The notes under the pieces were generated by a model. The model had not been told where the DNA came from. It worked only from the letters and a program-made list of their open reading frames with translations, and searched no databases. Below, in pieces: positions 1 through 9,684 of a stretch of DNA of 54,048 bases (position 1 is its first letter; every line of letters begins with the position of its first letter). The translations under genes and the position numbers were made by a program. The stretch is from a virus (taxonomy: Duplodnaviria > Caudoviricetes): positions 1-54,048 of IMG/VR virus record IMGVR_UViG_3300018719_000034. One strand, 5' to 3'.

Positions 1-282
1 ATGATGACACATGTCAAGCGTTCTCTGATCCCGGACGGGCCTCACGCGAATCGGGTGTATTCACCCGACATTCTCCCGCAGCTCCAATCGCTGCTGGCCG
101 CTCTCGCGGACATTGAAGTTGCCCATGCCCGACGCATCGAGGCGCTCAAGAGCAGCCCGATGGACGATCACCGCAAGGCGCAGCTGATCTCCGATCTGCG
201 CCAGAGCCATCGGCAGCAGCGCGCCCGCTATGTCGGAGAACTGACCGCATTGGAGAAGCGGATGGAATCCGCCTGCGGCTGA
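1..282 (+). CDS. hypothetical protein (helical)
   Basis: 93-aa ORF with plausible composition; no recognisable motif. Confidence 0.5.
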   Translation: MMTHVKRSLIPDGPHANRVYSPDILPQLQSLLAALADIEVAHARRIEALKSSPMDDHRKAQLISDLRQSHRQQRARYVGELTALEKRMESACG

Positions 283-1011
283 GATCGCGGCATTGGGAAG
301 ATTCACCCGATGAAGGTGGGGCGGACGAGCCGGAGAGAAGCCCGCAGCACCCCGCCGGCGACAGAGGGAGCAGGTTCGTTCAAGGAACGGCCTGAGCTTT
401 GCTCCTGTCCATCTCTGACATAGCGCCCTACCGGGCTCTCGTGCCGATCTGCAATCGGCAGACGTCCGGATGCAGCAATGGCGCTTCCTCGATCCGGATC
501 CGCGCGCCTTGCGGTCCGGCCCTCGCATTCGGATCAACGCCGGCAGGCACTCGCCCCCAACCCTGTTATCAGCACCTGATCGCGTCGACGATGGAGTTAA
601 TCCAGGCCGCGTCAATGAATTGGACAGGAGCGCATGCATATCGGCAGCCGCGAGGTGCCCGCTAAGCGCTACGGGCGCTGCATAATAACCTAGAGAGCGG
701 CCATAAGGGTCGCCCCTTCTGTTTGATGCGGGCAGCCATGGACGAAACTGCGGCCCTGGCACTTTCCCTTGGTGCTGGTTTTATCTCTGCTCCAGGCGTG
801 GCAAACATTCTCAGGAAGGATGGCTCCGCACAAACCAAAAGGCAGAGTCTTGCAGCAGTAGTCACGGGCATCGTCATATGGCTCGTGGTTTACTCTGCGC
901 GAACCAAGTAGCCCCAAGGACGAGAAACAGCCTCGCCAGCCGAAGCCGGCAGGGCCAAGGGGTTGAAGAGAGTTGCCGCATCTCCTGGGGATGACGACTG
1001 TCTGAGGAAAG

Positions 1012-1149
1012 ATGGGCGGTAAAACGGCGTTCAAGTGGGGCAGTGAGATTACACAGAAGCAGCTCTCCGAAGAAGACCTGCCGGGCTTTGAACGGTGCGG
1101 GGCTATCTATCCTGATTTTACGAAGCAGCGAGACTTCGGCCGTCGATAA
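1012..1149 (+). CDS. small conserved protein (45 aa), paralogue of 9443-9568
   Basis: MGGKTAFKWGSEITQKQ...RCGAIYPDFTK aligns with the product of 9443-9568; below the ORF-track size cut-off. Confidence 0.55.
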   Translation: MGGKTAFKWGSEITQKQLSEEDLPGFERCGAIYPDFTKQRDFGRR

Positions 1150-1217
1150 AAAATCCGCGGACCCGAGCTAACGGGACACAAATCTTGCGAGAATTTCTGC
1201 GTCGTACAGAGATCATC

Positions 1218-1421
1218 TCACGAGAGGCAAGGCACGTCCTGAGCGATGCCTGATTGCCCCATGCTATCGCCCTGGCAAGGGGAGGCCATGTCGACAGCGA
1301 CCTCTGCAAGACCGCGAAATACTTCCTTCACGTCTTCGGGGGCCTGATCCCAGGTCTGCTCATCGTTATCGACGCCGTAGAACGCTCGAGCGACACGCTC
1401 GATTTGCTGGCTCTGTCCCAT
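1218..1421 (-). CDS. hypothetical protein
   Basis: 67-aa ORF with GAGG RBS upstream. Confidence 0.5.
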   Translation of the reverse strand: MGQSQQIERVARAFYGVDNDEQTWDQAPEDVKEVFRGLAEVAVDMASPCQGDSMGQSGIAQDVPCLS

Positions 1422-1735
1422 TTTGCCTCAAATCTGCTCTTCTGGGGATAAACGCCCATCCGGCCAGTTTTATTCCCTATGACCGATGGCCTAGGCCATA
1501 TGTTCTATTCGGAGGAGATCCGCTGCATGTGCAGGCAACCGAGAATACACCCTGCACCCCGAAAGCCGGGAGGGTGTCTTGTCCAAGCAATGTGCCGCGA
1601 AGTAAATCAAAGGCATGAGACCTTCTTCCTTTGAATCCTCGCGGGGCGCTCGCCCTGTTGTCTTTCCCTTCGTTGCAAATGCCGCAACCAGTGAATAGAA
1701 TCGAATTCCGTCTATCCGATCAAACCTAGGTAATT

Positions 1736-3178
1736 ATGCGAAACCGGCTTGCGCTTCTTAAGATCGTCCTTGCTCTAGCCTGCCTTAATACTGAACTGAG
1801 CGCAAAAGCAGCCGCGCCTGCTCTGAAACAGGACTTCGGCGCAGGAGCCGTGGGCTTGCCCCCGCTTCCACAGCCAAGAACGACGGCGTACCAGTTCTAT
1901 CGCCTGGAATTCCTTCCCGATGGCTATCCCGGTCGTCTGCTGAAAAATGGAAAGACTGTCCCTCACCCGATCTATGGGACCTATGTGATTCGGGATTACA
2001 TCGGGCTCTATACGAAGACTGACGATAGAAGGTATCTCGATGCGGCTAAACGGGTCGCGGATGCCACTATCACTCGGATGGACAGCATCGACGGATTTGA
2101 TGCTCTGGCATACTACTACGACCCTAACAACGGTCTCACTAATCTCCCTAGGCGGTTCTATTCGGGACTGACCCAGGCCCGCTATCTCGCCGCCTTCCAA
2201 ATGCTCTACGAAGCTAGCCGGGAGGAAAAATATAGAGTCGTAGCGCGCAAGATATTCAATAGCCTGAAAGTTCCCTCGCCCCAAGGCGGCGTGCTGGTTG
2301 AGTCGAGTTATGGGACAACCCTCGAGGAGTTCCCCCATGAGATCCCCACATACGTTTTGAACGGATGGACCACGATAATTCTAGAGCTGGTGCGGTACGA
2401 GAAGGCTACACAGGACCCAGAAGCGGCACGACTCATCCAAGACAATCTCTCGACGCTGGAGAAACTGCTACCGAGGTACGATTATCCAGAGCTGTTTCTT
2501 TCACGCTACCAACTTACAGGATCAGCGCGCCTGAAGTTCGTATTCCATCAACCGAACATGTGCAAAATCACGGCGTTTGGGACCTATGTTGATGGAATTC
2601 GATATTCCGCCAGTTCAGGAAGTACGAGCAGGTGGGACAACCATGTTGTCCCCGAGAAGACGGATCAGGATGGATATCCGACGAGCAGCGAAATCCTTGT
2701 CAATGGCGTCTTCAGCGCGATCAACGACAGGCAGCGTTACGACTTCAGCGCTGACTGCAAAGATGCCGCAAAGGTACAGACCTACATCGGCGTCAGCAAG
2801 TACGACGTCTTCCATTCAAGCGTCTTGCCCGAACAGTGGGTGAAAATCGATGAGAGACACCTCCCGAAGGGGGCAAGCACCTCAACCGTTGAACCAGAGA
2901 ACGAGCCGTTCAAGCTGGTCGCCTACCCCACCAACTTCTACAAGAACATTGGCGGAAAACGTTATAATGTTTACCATTGGTTGCACATCACAAATCTCGA
3001 CCGGTTAGCGAACGAGACGGGCAGCGAAATTCTTCGCACATGGTCCGGCAGATGGCACGACTATACGCGGGAGTGGGCAAAATCCGCTATCATCGCTCAG
3101 CCGAATGTGTCCTTCGAGTGCTATCCGGGACCGTGTACAACCGGCGTTTCCGATAAGCCGGACGAGGGCGAAGATTAG
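1736..3178 (+). CDS. secreted D-glucuronyl C5-epimerase-like protein
   Basis: N-terminal signal peptide; YSGLTQ, LEEFP..PTYVLNG and YHWLHITNL motifs resemble the C5-epimerase C-terminal domain. Confidence 0.7.
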   Translation: MRNRLALLKIVLALACLNTELSAKAAAPALKQDFGAGAVGLPPLPQPRTTAYQFYRLEFLPDGYPGRLLKNGKTVPHPIYGTYVIRDYIGLYTKTDDRRYLDAAKRVADATITRMDSIDGFDALAYYYDPNNGLTNLPRRFYSGLTQARYLAAFQMLYEASREEKYRVVARKIFNSLKVPSPQGGVLVESSYGTTLEEFPHEIPTYVLNGWTTIILELVRYEKATQDPEAARLIQDNLSTLEKLLPRYDYPELFLSRYQLTGSARLKFVFHQPNMCKITAFGTYVDGIRYSASSGSTSRWDNHVVPEKTDQDGYPTSSEILVNGVFSAINDRQRYDFSADCKDAAKVQTYIGVSKYDVFHSSVLPEQWVKIDERHLPKGASTSTVEPENEPFKLVAYPTNFYKNIGGKRYNVYHWLHITNLDRLANETGSEILRTWSGRWHDYTREWAKSAIIAQPNVSFECYPGPCTTGVSDKPDEGED

Positions 3179-3198
3179 GCCCCTTCACAAAGCCATCA

Positions 3199-3643
3199 TG
3201 GACGCTCTGAGGCGATTTGATGGGGCGAAGCCGCCTGGTTCCCAGACCGGTGAGTGATGACCACGCGAAGCAGGGGGACATCCATGCCCCACACCCGCTT
3301 TACGAAGGAGTTTCGGATGAGGCTGTGCGGCTTGCTCCGACGAGCGGCCGCAGCCGGCGTGAGGTCGCCGCGGATCTCGGCATCGGCCTGTCGCCCCTGC
3401 GCCCCTGGCTCGACTGCCGCCTCGAGCGCAAGATCGGCGCCCGAGGAGCGCCGAAATCCGAGCTCGTCTGGCGCGCCGTCTTCCAAACGCGCGCCGAGGT
3501 CATGACGGCGATCGGCCGTTGCATCGACGGCTTCGATAGCTCTGTCCGGCGTCCTTCGACGCTCGACTACGTCAGTCCGGTTCAGTTCGAAAGGCTGACC
3601 GGATAGATCCAAAGCCGCTCTCCACCAACCCGAAGCAAGTCCA
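3199..3643 (+). mobile_element. internally deleted IS3-family remnant
   Basis: OrfA-like HTH (EAVRL...REVAADLGIG) joined to an OrfB C-terminus (KSELVWR..FQTR...STLDYVSPVQFE) with no DDE core; right end CTCTCCACCAACCCGAAGCAAGTCCA; left end weak. Confidence 0.7.
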
Positions 3644-4160
3644 CCAGACGCCAATCTCTCGGCTTTGGCCCGGGTTCTGTCCTGGGGGCTAGATCGCGGC
3701 CTCGTGGACGACAATCCGCTGTCGATCTTCGCGCTAGCTTGTTCATCCAACCGGGCGGAGCAGATCTGGCTCCCCGAGCACGTGAAGGCCTTCAATGAGG
3801 CGACGCCTGAGGAAATGAAGGTGGCGCTCGCCCCACGATCATACGGGGACAGCGCCAGGGAGACGTTCTGGTCCTGCCCTGGTCCGCCTATGACGGTAAC
3901 GCCATCAGCTTGCGTCAGGGCAAGATGCGCCGGCACGCTTGATCCCGTGCGCCTCGGCGCTGAAGGAGACGCTAGACAGCCTTCCCTGTCGAGCCATCCA
4001 GATCCTCACTCGGACAGACAGCGCAACGGTATCCGAGATTGCGACCATCACCGACCACACCCAGGCTCATGCACAGAAGATTTTGGATCGCAATTTGGCC
4101 CGGACTCGCACTCTGGCAGAATCAGCCATTGCGAAATTGGGCGAGCACCATAGGAATAAA
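3644..4160 (+). pseudogene. degenerate tyrosine integrase fragment of an older island
   Basis: Frameshifted pieces (RVLSWGLDRGLVDDNP; IPCASALKETLD; EIATITDHT..ILDRNLART) convergent with the tRNA; 5' end interrupted by the IS3 remnant. Confidence 0.6.
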
Positions 4161-4241
4161 CAGGCGCATAGTTTGCAAACTATTCTGCAAACCGAAACTT
4201 GCAGAGGTCGGCGAAGATCCCAAAAACCTCAAGGAATTCAA

Positions 4242-4319
4242 TGGTCGGAGCGGCGGGATTTGAACCCACGACCCCTAGTCCCCCAGACTAGTGCGCTAAC
4301 CGGGCTGCGCTACGCTCCG
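4242..4319 (-). tRNA. tRNA-Pro(GGG)
   Basis: CGGAGCG acceptor stem, CTAGT-CTGGGGG-ACTAG anticodon arm, GGTTCAAATCC T-arm, encoded CCA. Confidence 0.97.
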
Positions 4320-4449
4320 ACTGCCGAAAGGCTTGGATCGTCTAGCTATTTTGCCTTGGCGACGCAACCCCTAAAATTCACGTTCGGAACAGAAAGGAAC
4401 CGAACGGCACAGTTCGGGACGCAAATCCCCGAAAAAGTCCCGAACCGCT

Positions 4450-4464
4450 GTTCTGGGCTTGTTC
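4450..4464. promoter_or_regulatory. candidate alphaproteobacterial LexA (SOS) box
   Basis: GTTC-tgggctt-GTTC, about 30 nt upstream of the 4495 ATG. Confidence 0.5.
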
Positions 4465-4494
4465 CCGCCCCTCTCTCTATCGGGAGGATGTGAG

Positions 4495-4968
4495 ATGAGG
4501 CGGTACGCTGAAGACACGTCCGTCTCGACGGACAAGAGCATTGCTGAGATCCGCAATACGGTTCGACGCTACGGTGCGTCCGAGTTCATGCATGCCGAGG
4601 GCGACACCCAGGCTGTTATCATGTTCTCGATGCACGACCGGCGTGTGATGTTCCGGGTCAACATGCCCGATCCGAAGGCCAAGCAGTTCACCCATACGCC
4701 GGAACAGCGGAAGTTGCGTTCGGCCGCTGCGGCCCAGGCAGCATGGGAACAGGCCTGCCGGGCCCGGTGGCGCTCCTTGGCTCTCGTAGTCAAGGCTAAG
4801 CTGGAGGCGGTCGCCTTGGGTATCACCGAGTTTGAAACTGAGTTCCTCGGCAACATCGTCATGCCCGGCACGAGTTGCACCGTGGGCGAGTTCGTGAAGG
4901 AGGACCTGCGGCTTGCCTATGAGGTCGGGCATACCGTTCCGCTCCTTCCCCATGGAGGCCGAGCATGA
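4495..4968 (+). CDS. conserved phage hypothetical protein
   Basis: GGAGG RBS; MRRYAEDTSVS...WRSLALVVKAKLEAV...FETEFL. Confidence 0.75.
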   Translation: MRRYAEDTSVSTDKSIAEIRNTVRRYGASEFMHAEGDTQAVIMFSMHDRRVMFRVNMPDPKAKQFTHTPEQRKLRSAAAAQAAWEQACRARWRSLALVVKAKLEAVALGITEFETEFLGNIVMPGTSCTVGEFVKEDLRLAYEVGHTVPLLPHGGRA

Positions 4969-5010
4969 GCAAGTCCCTTCCCGCCCCTCTCACGGCTTGG
5001 AGGGCGGGGG

Positions 5011-5340
5011 ATGAGTGAAGCCCTGAAGCCCTGCCCCTTCTGCGGAGGGAAAGCCGAGTTTGAGCGCAAGGGGACTGCCCGTTACTCAACCATCATCAGC
5101 TGTACCAACTGTGGCGCGAGGCTGGAGACGGGAGCGGAGTGGGCCCATGAGCGTGAATGGAACGAGCGCGCCTGCGACAAGGGCCTAGAACAAGTCGCTG
5201 CGGGTCTCGTCATGCTGCAAAGGGCAGTTCAGGAGGGAGATCCTCACAGGGAACTTCTTGTGCGGGTCTCGGACCTCATCAAGGAAGTCGCCGCCCTCTC
5301 CACCCCTCTGTCCTGCCTTGCTCTGGGAGGGGAGGAATGA
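5011..5340 (+). CDS. Lar-like (restriction alleviation) zinc-ribbon protein
   Basis: LKPCPFCGG...CTNCGA...WNER signature. Confidence 0.7.
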   Translation: MSEALKPCPFCGGKAEFERKGTARYSTIISCTNCGARLETGAEWAHEREWNERACDKGLEQVAAGLVMLQRAVQEGDPHRELLVRVSDLIKEVAALSTPLSCLALGGEE

Positions 5341-5510
5341 GTGAGCCTATCGCGTGGGAAAGCACCACGGTTGTGTTCAAGCGGTTTCTCACCGAGACAC
5401 AGTATCAGCGGCTCCGACCCTCATACCGCCGATGGTATCGACCATATCGATGCGCCTGCTGCACCGCCCTCACCTCTCCCCTTGCTCTGGATGGGAGGGA
5501 GGGCGAATGA
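5337..5510 (+). CDS. small hypothetical protein
   Basis: ATGA overlap with the upstream gene, GGAGG RBS. Confidence 0.5.
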   Translation: MSEPIAWESTTVVFKRFLTETQYQRLRPSYRRWYRPYRCACCTALTSPLALDGREGE

Positions 5511-5642
5511 CCGGGATTTGAAGGAAGATAGCCCTACGTAGAAAGGCACCCCCGATGAGATGCGGGAGCGTATGAGCCAGTTTGCCCCCTTGAGTTTAAG
5601 CAAAAGGGCGACCAAAGCCGCCCTTCTTTTCTCGTTCGGAAA

Positions 5643-5969
5643 TTATCCGTAAGCAGCCATTCTCTCTTCAGGCTCATCGCCAATCGAGAGAGCCCTCCGC
5701 ACAACATCGGGCTCTTTATCGATAATGGAAAGAAGCACACGGGCTGGTCCCTCGGGGCGGCGATCCCCCTGCTCCCAATGACGCACTGCAGCTAGGCTGA
5801 ACCCAAAGCGAACGGCAAACTCACGCTGGGTCAGATCGAGCTTTCTACGAATAGCTCGCACATCGACGCTGTCGGGGACGCATACGCTGCGTTCCCGTAC
5901 GTTGGTCGCTTCTCCCCGGGCATGCGCAAGCGCCTCCTGTAGCCCAGCGATGATCTTGCGACCGCTCAT
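5643..5969 (-). CDS. higA: HigA-type XRE HTH antitoxin
   Basis: IRRKLDLTQREFA..FG....VRHWEQG.RRP.GPA; lies downstream of the toxin. Confidence 0.85.
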   Translation of the reverse strand: MSGRKIIAGLQEALAHARGEATNVRERSVCVPDSVDVRAIRRKLDLTQREFAVRFGFSLAAVRHWEQGDRRPEGPARVLLSIIDKEPDVVRRALSIGDEPEERMAAYG

Positions 5970-6014
5970 GACTCACCTCCTGTGTGACCTTCTTACTTTC
6001 TTACTTTTTACTCT

Positions 6015-6401
6015 TTACGCGCCTTTTCCGGTAACCAACCGGAGGGTGACCTTCAATTTCTCACGCACAATCTCATCAACGAGATCGCGCATGAGGCGTT
6101 TCTCCTTAGCGGTGAGATCAAGCTTCTCACCTTTTGCGTAAACCGCCAGGATGTAGACGGGCATGTTGAGATCTCTGAAGTAGTAGATCACACGTGCTCC
6201 GCCGCGCTTACCTTGGCCTCTCGCCGGCCATCGAAGTTTTCGAATGCCGCCAGTATCCGGGATGACCTTGCCAGACTCGGGGTAAACCGCGAGATGGTTG
6301 ATCAACTCTTCATATTCTTCCTGCGTGAAGACTGCATTTGCATCACGAATGCTGGCTTCAAGCTCTGCGATAGTTATGTTGTAGTTACACGCATTGAACA
6401 T
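6015..6401 (-). CDS. higB: RelE/HigB-family toxin
   Basis: P.SGKVIPDTGGIRKLRW...GKRGGARVIYY...YAKGEK.DL; start uncertain. Confidence 0.85.
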   Translation of the reverse strand: MFNACNYNITIAELEASIRDANAVFTQEEYEELINHLAVYPESGKVIPDTGGIRKLRWPARGQGKRGGARVIYYFRDLNMPVYILAVYAKGEKLDLTAKEKRLMRDLVDEIVREKLKVTLRLVTGKGA

Positions 6402-6543
6402 TTTTCTTGCTCTGCGAAGGTTGTCGGGTGCCGCCCCCAGCCCTCCTTCTGGTCCCAGTCCAACCGCAGGCAGCAATGTGTCACTACTCCATTGGAATAC
6501 CGAAAGCAACAAGAAAATGCGCCATTGGAATACTTGTTCCAGG

Positions 6544-6559
6544 TTAAAGCTAAGTTAAC
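6544..6559. promoter_or_regulatory. CtrA-binding consensus site
   Basis: TTAA-agctaag-TTAAC between divergent higBA and the 6584 gene. Confidence 0.55.
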
Positions 6560-6583
6560 GTCGCCCTGATACCCCCCCTCCTT

Positions 6584-6850
6584 ATGACCTACTCCCGCGA
6601 CACCACCGCCCTCTCTGAACTCACCGACCAGCCCGTCAACACCTGGTCTGAGGAATGGCGGATAGAGACTGAAGCCCGTGCCATCCTGAAGATGTCCAAG
6701 GACGAGCGGGACGCCTTCTTCAACGGGAGGAAGGATGCGGACGGGAAGACCATCGACCGGGGCGTAGTCGCCATTCGGGGCCTCACGTCTGCCGAGCAGA
6801 TCAAGGCGACCGTGGAGCGGCTGCAGGCCGCACATGCCCAGCGCTCATAA
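6584..6850 (+). CDS. hypothetical protein
   Basis: 88-aa ORF convergent with umuC. Confidence 0.65.
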   Translation: MTYSRDTTALSELTDQPVNTWSEEWRIETEARAILKMSKDERDAFFNGRKDADGKTIDRGVVAIRGLTSAEQIKATVERLQAAHAQRS

Positions 6851-6970
6851 TCAACGGGTTGGTCGACTATCCGACTGATCATGCGGGCTATCTAGCGTAA
6901 ACCTACTTCAACGGCCCTTTATCTGCCCCTACGGCCGTTCCCTTGAGAGCGCCATCGTGGCGCTTTTCTT

Positions 6971-8233
6971 TTAGGCCACGTGGGGAAGATCGGCCATCCT
7001 TGTCGTGTAGAGAGGCGAGCGGTTCTTGAACTTGGTCTCCCAGGGCTTCTTGATGCCGGCCGCTGCCAGGGTCACGGCGCCTCGACCGAACCGGGCATTG
7101 GCGGCATCCATGGCCGCCATGAGCCGCCCTCCCCGGTCCTGATCGAAGCCGCCAAAGAGCGCCCGCTGGGCCTTGTCCATCGCCACGAGATCGTCCGTCA
7201 CCACCCCGGCCTTGCAGTAATGGTATCCGTCCCGCCAGATCTGGCGCGCGCCAGCCTCGGCCGCCTTGACCAGAATGGTGGTGTCGTTGGTCGCCTCGAT
7301 CAGATGCACCGTCGTCGAGACGCTCCGCTGCGGCCGATCCGTGTCATGACCCGACGTGTGGTAGAAGACCGTAACATGATCGGTCCCGAGACCCTGCTTG
7401 CGCAGCTTCTCCGCGAGCCGGCTGGCATGGGAGGCGACAGCCTCCAGCATTTCCCGCAGCTCCGTGACTCGTCCGGCGAAGTGGCGCGTCACAGCGCATC
7501 CCTTCTGCTGAGGCGCGACGAGCTCCAGCGGTAGGCATGACGTGCCGCGCAACTCGTGCACGATCTTCTCGCCCACCACCGTCAGGAGCTGCCGCGCCTG
7601 GCGCAGGTCCATGTCCTTCAGGTCCGCCACGCTCTCCAGCCCCAAGCGATCGAGTTTCGCCGCGGACGCGCGACCGATCCCCCACACATCCTCGACAGGC
7701 CATCGGACCAGCCAATGGGCGCGGATATCCTCGTCGGTCAGATCACAGACCCCACCGAGTTCCGGCACGGCCTTGGCGATCCGGTTTGCGAGCTTCGCCA
7801 GCGTCTTGGTGGGGCCAATGCCGACACAAGTCGGAATGCCAACCCATTGCCTGACGGTCGAGCGCAGGTCGCGGGCGTAGGCAATCAGGTCCTTATGCTC
7901 GAACCCAGAGACATCGAGAAAGCTCTCGTCGATGGAATAGATCTCCACGTTCGGCGTGAACCGACGATAGACCTCGTTCATGCGCCAGCTCATGTCGCCA
8001 TAGAGCGTGTAGTTCGAGGAGAAGACCGCCACCCCTTCCCGCTTGCAGAGATCGCGGATTTTGAAGAAGGGCTCGCCCATGCGGATGCCGAGGGCCTTGG
8101 CTTCCGCCGTCCTGGCAACGGCGCAGCCATCGTTGTTCGACAGAACGATGACCGGCCGTCCCTCAAGACGAGGATCGAAGACCCGCTCGCACGAGCAATA
8201 GAACGAGTTGCCGTCGATGAGGGCGAAGGTCAT
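6971..8233 (-). CDS. umuC: Y-family DNA polymerase V catalytic subunit (UmuC-like)
   Basis: [45 protein letters not shown]-terminal SPLYTT. Confidence 0.95.
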   Translation of the reverse strand: MTFALIDGNSFYCSCERVFDPRLEGRPVIVLSNNDGCAVARTAEAKALGIRMGEPFFKIRDLCKREGVAVFSSNYTLYGDMSWRMNEVYRRFTPNVEIYSIDESFLDVSGFEHKDLIAYARDLRSTVRQWVGIPTCVGIGPTKTLAKLANRIAKAVPELGGVCDLTDEDIRAHWLVRWPVEDVWGIGRASAAKLDRLGLESVADLKDMDLRQARQLLTVVGEKIVHELRGTSCLPLELVAPQQKGCAVTRHFAGRVTELREMLEAVASHASRLAEKLRKQGLGTDHVTVFYHTSGHDTDRPQRSVSTTVHLIEATNDTTILVKAAEAGARQIWRDGYHYCKAGVVTDDLVAMDKAQRALFGGFDQDRGGRLMAAMDAANARFGRGAVTLAAAGIKKPWETKFKNRSPLYTTRMADLPHVA

Positions 8234-8658
8234 TTGCGCGCCTCGTACATCCGGCGATAGGTGCTCAGAGCAACCCCGAAGATTTGGTACTCGGAGTGCT
8301 CCGACATCTGGAACGGCGGAAACTCGTCGTTCTCGAAAGCGAAGCGAGCCCGCCCGCCGTTGATCAGCAGGCGCTTGACGCTGCGCTCGCCGTCGATGTC
8401 CACGACGACGATATGCCGGTTGGCTGGAGTGATGCTGCGGTCGACGATGAGGAGATCGCCAGGGAAGATCCTGGCCTTGACCATCGAATAGCCGCCGACC
8501 TTGAAGAGGAAGGTGAAAGCAGGATTGGGCGCCATCCATCGGGGAAGCTCAACCTGTTCCTCGATGTAGTCCTGTGCCGGGGATGGGAAGCCCGCACACA
8601 AAACATGACCGTACATCGGGACGTGCACCGTCCCGCTGTCACTGACTTGTGCCAGCAC
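8230..8658 (-). CDS. umuD: UmuD-like S24 peptidase
   Basis: [11 protein letters not shown] cleavage site, GYSM serine, SVKRL lysine; GTG start with GGAG RBS; ATGA overlap with umuC. Confidence 0.9.
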   Translation of the reverse strand: MLAQVSDSGTVHVPMYGHVLCAGFPSPAQDYIEEQVELPRWMAPNPAFTFLFKVGGYSMVKARIFPGDLLIVDRSITPANRHIVVVDIDGERSVKRLLINGGRARFAFENDEFPPFQMSEHSEYQIFGVALSTYRRMYEARK

Positions 8659-8679
8659 GTCTGCTCTCCATGTTCCTGA

Positions 8680-8694
8680 GAACATAAAGAGAAC
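8680..8694. promoter_or_regulatory. LexA (SOS) box upstream of umuDC
   Basis: GAAC-ataaaga-GAAC. Confidence 0.85.
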
Positions 8695-8977
8695 ATGCTT
8701 CCCTAAGGTGTGTCAAACCGCCCCACAATTACATGTGGATAGCGGGGAAATCCGGGTTGCCAGAACATCAATAAGGAACCCGCTGACCAGAGGCAGTAAG
8801 GTGTCCGATAGATGGCTCAAGAAGGCAGAACCTGAGAGCCCTCCACCATCCGATATACTTAAGAGCCATTTGAGTTGAGCTATCTCCGCATTGCTTGGCA
8901 GAGTCAGTACAACTAATCTGCTCATCAAGGAAAAGGCCGTATTCGATCATTCTGTACTCCTGACTTGGAGCCGGAAC

Positions 8978-9316
8978 ATGAAGAAGATCGCCACGATATG
9001 CCTAGTTCTTCTCAACCTAAATTTAGGGGTGGTGGCCTCCCCCTTCATAGCTGCTTTGGCCGCGGACAACCCAATTCAGTTCGCCCAGAGCGATGAACAA
9101 AAGCGAAGGGAAGCTGAAGAGAGACAACGGCAGTGTGAGCGGGCCAAAGCAGACACGCTAGCTCGCTGCCTGAGTAATGTAAGCTCTGAATTTAGTAGAT
9201 GCGAAAGCGGTTGCAGTTCCAGCACTGATCACTTCGGCTGTCGTGATCGGTGCAGATCGAGCGAAAGTAGCAATCGGAGTACCTGCCATTCAGGCCTTAG
9301 CAGCATGTCTTGCTAG
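8978..9316 (+). CDS. secreted cysteine-rich small protein
   Basis: Signal-like N-terminus MKKIATICLVLL; eight Cys in the mature part, including CxxxC pairs. Confidence 0.65.
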   Translation: MKKIATICLVLLNLNLGVVASPFIAALAADNPIQFAQSDEQKRREAEERQRQCERAKADTLARCLSNVSSEFSRCESGCSSSTDHFGCRDRCRSSESSNRSTCHSGLSSMSC

Positions 9317-9442
9317 ATTAGCTCGCACTGTTGTCACATCGTTATCTCCAAAAACCCCGCCAACCTGAGCCAGCGGGGCGTGGTGTCCAAGCGATGTACC
9401 GCATCTCCTGGGGGAGTAACTGTCAGAGCGAAGAGAGGCGCC

Positions 9443-9568
9443 ATGATGGCAAAGTGGGGGTGCGAGATCGCCCAGAAGCAGGCTGCGGGGGAGTACCTGC
9501 CCGACCTCCTCAGGTGCGGAGCCATTTATCCGGATTTGGCGAAGCGGTTCGCGCCTACGTCTAAATAA
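9443..9568 (+). CDS. small conserved protein (41 aa), paralogue of 1012-1149
   Basis: KWGCEIAQKQ...LP...RCGAIYPDLAK; GAGG RBS. Confidence 0.55.
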   Translation: MMAKWGCEIAQKQAAGEYLPDLLRCGAIYPDLAKRFAPTSK

Positions 9569-9684
9569 CGAGTCTCCGGCGCCTCGACCGGGACCAGTGG
9601 CCCCGCTATTCTTAGATCGAGATCCATGGTTTGCCCCTACGGTCAGACTTAAGCGCCTTCGGACGGATGGCGCTTTCTTTTTGT

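Noticed and set aside
61-762. 233-aa minus-strand ORF and similar long antisense ORFs throughout the window
   Set aside because: Shadow ORFs typical of high-GC DNA, overlapping better-supported genes
4387-4400. LexA box GAAC...GAAC
   Set aside because: Spacer is 6 nt, not 7; more likely part of the att arm repeats
8234-8539. N-terminal extension of UmuC (522-aa ORF)
   Set aside because: Overlaps umuD; polymerase motifs begin at ATG 8233
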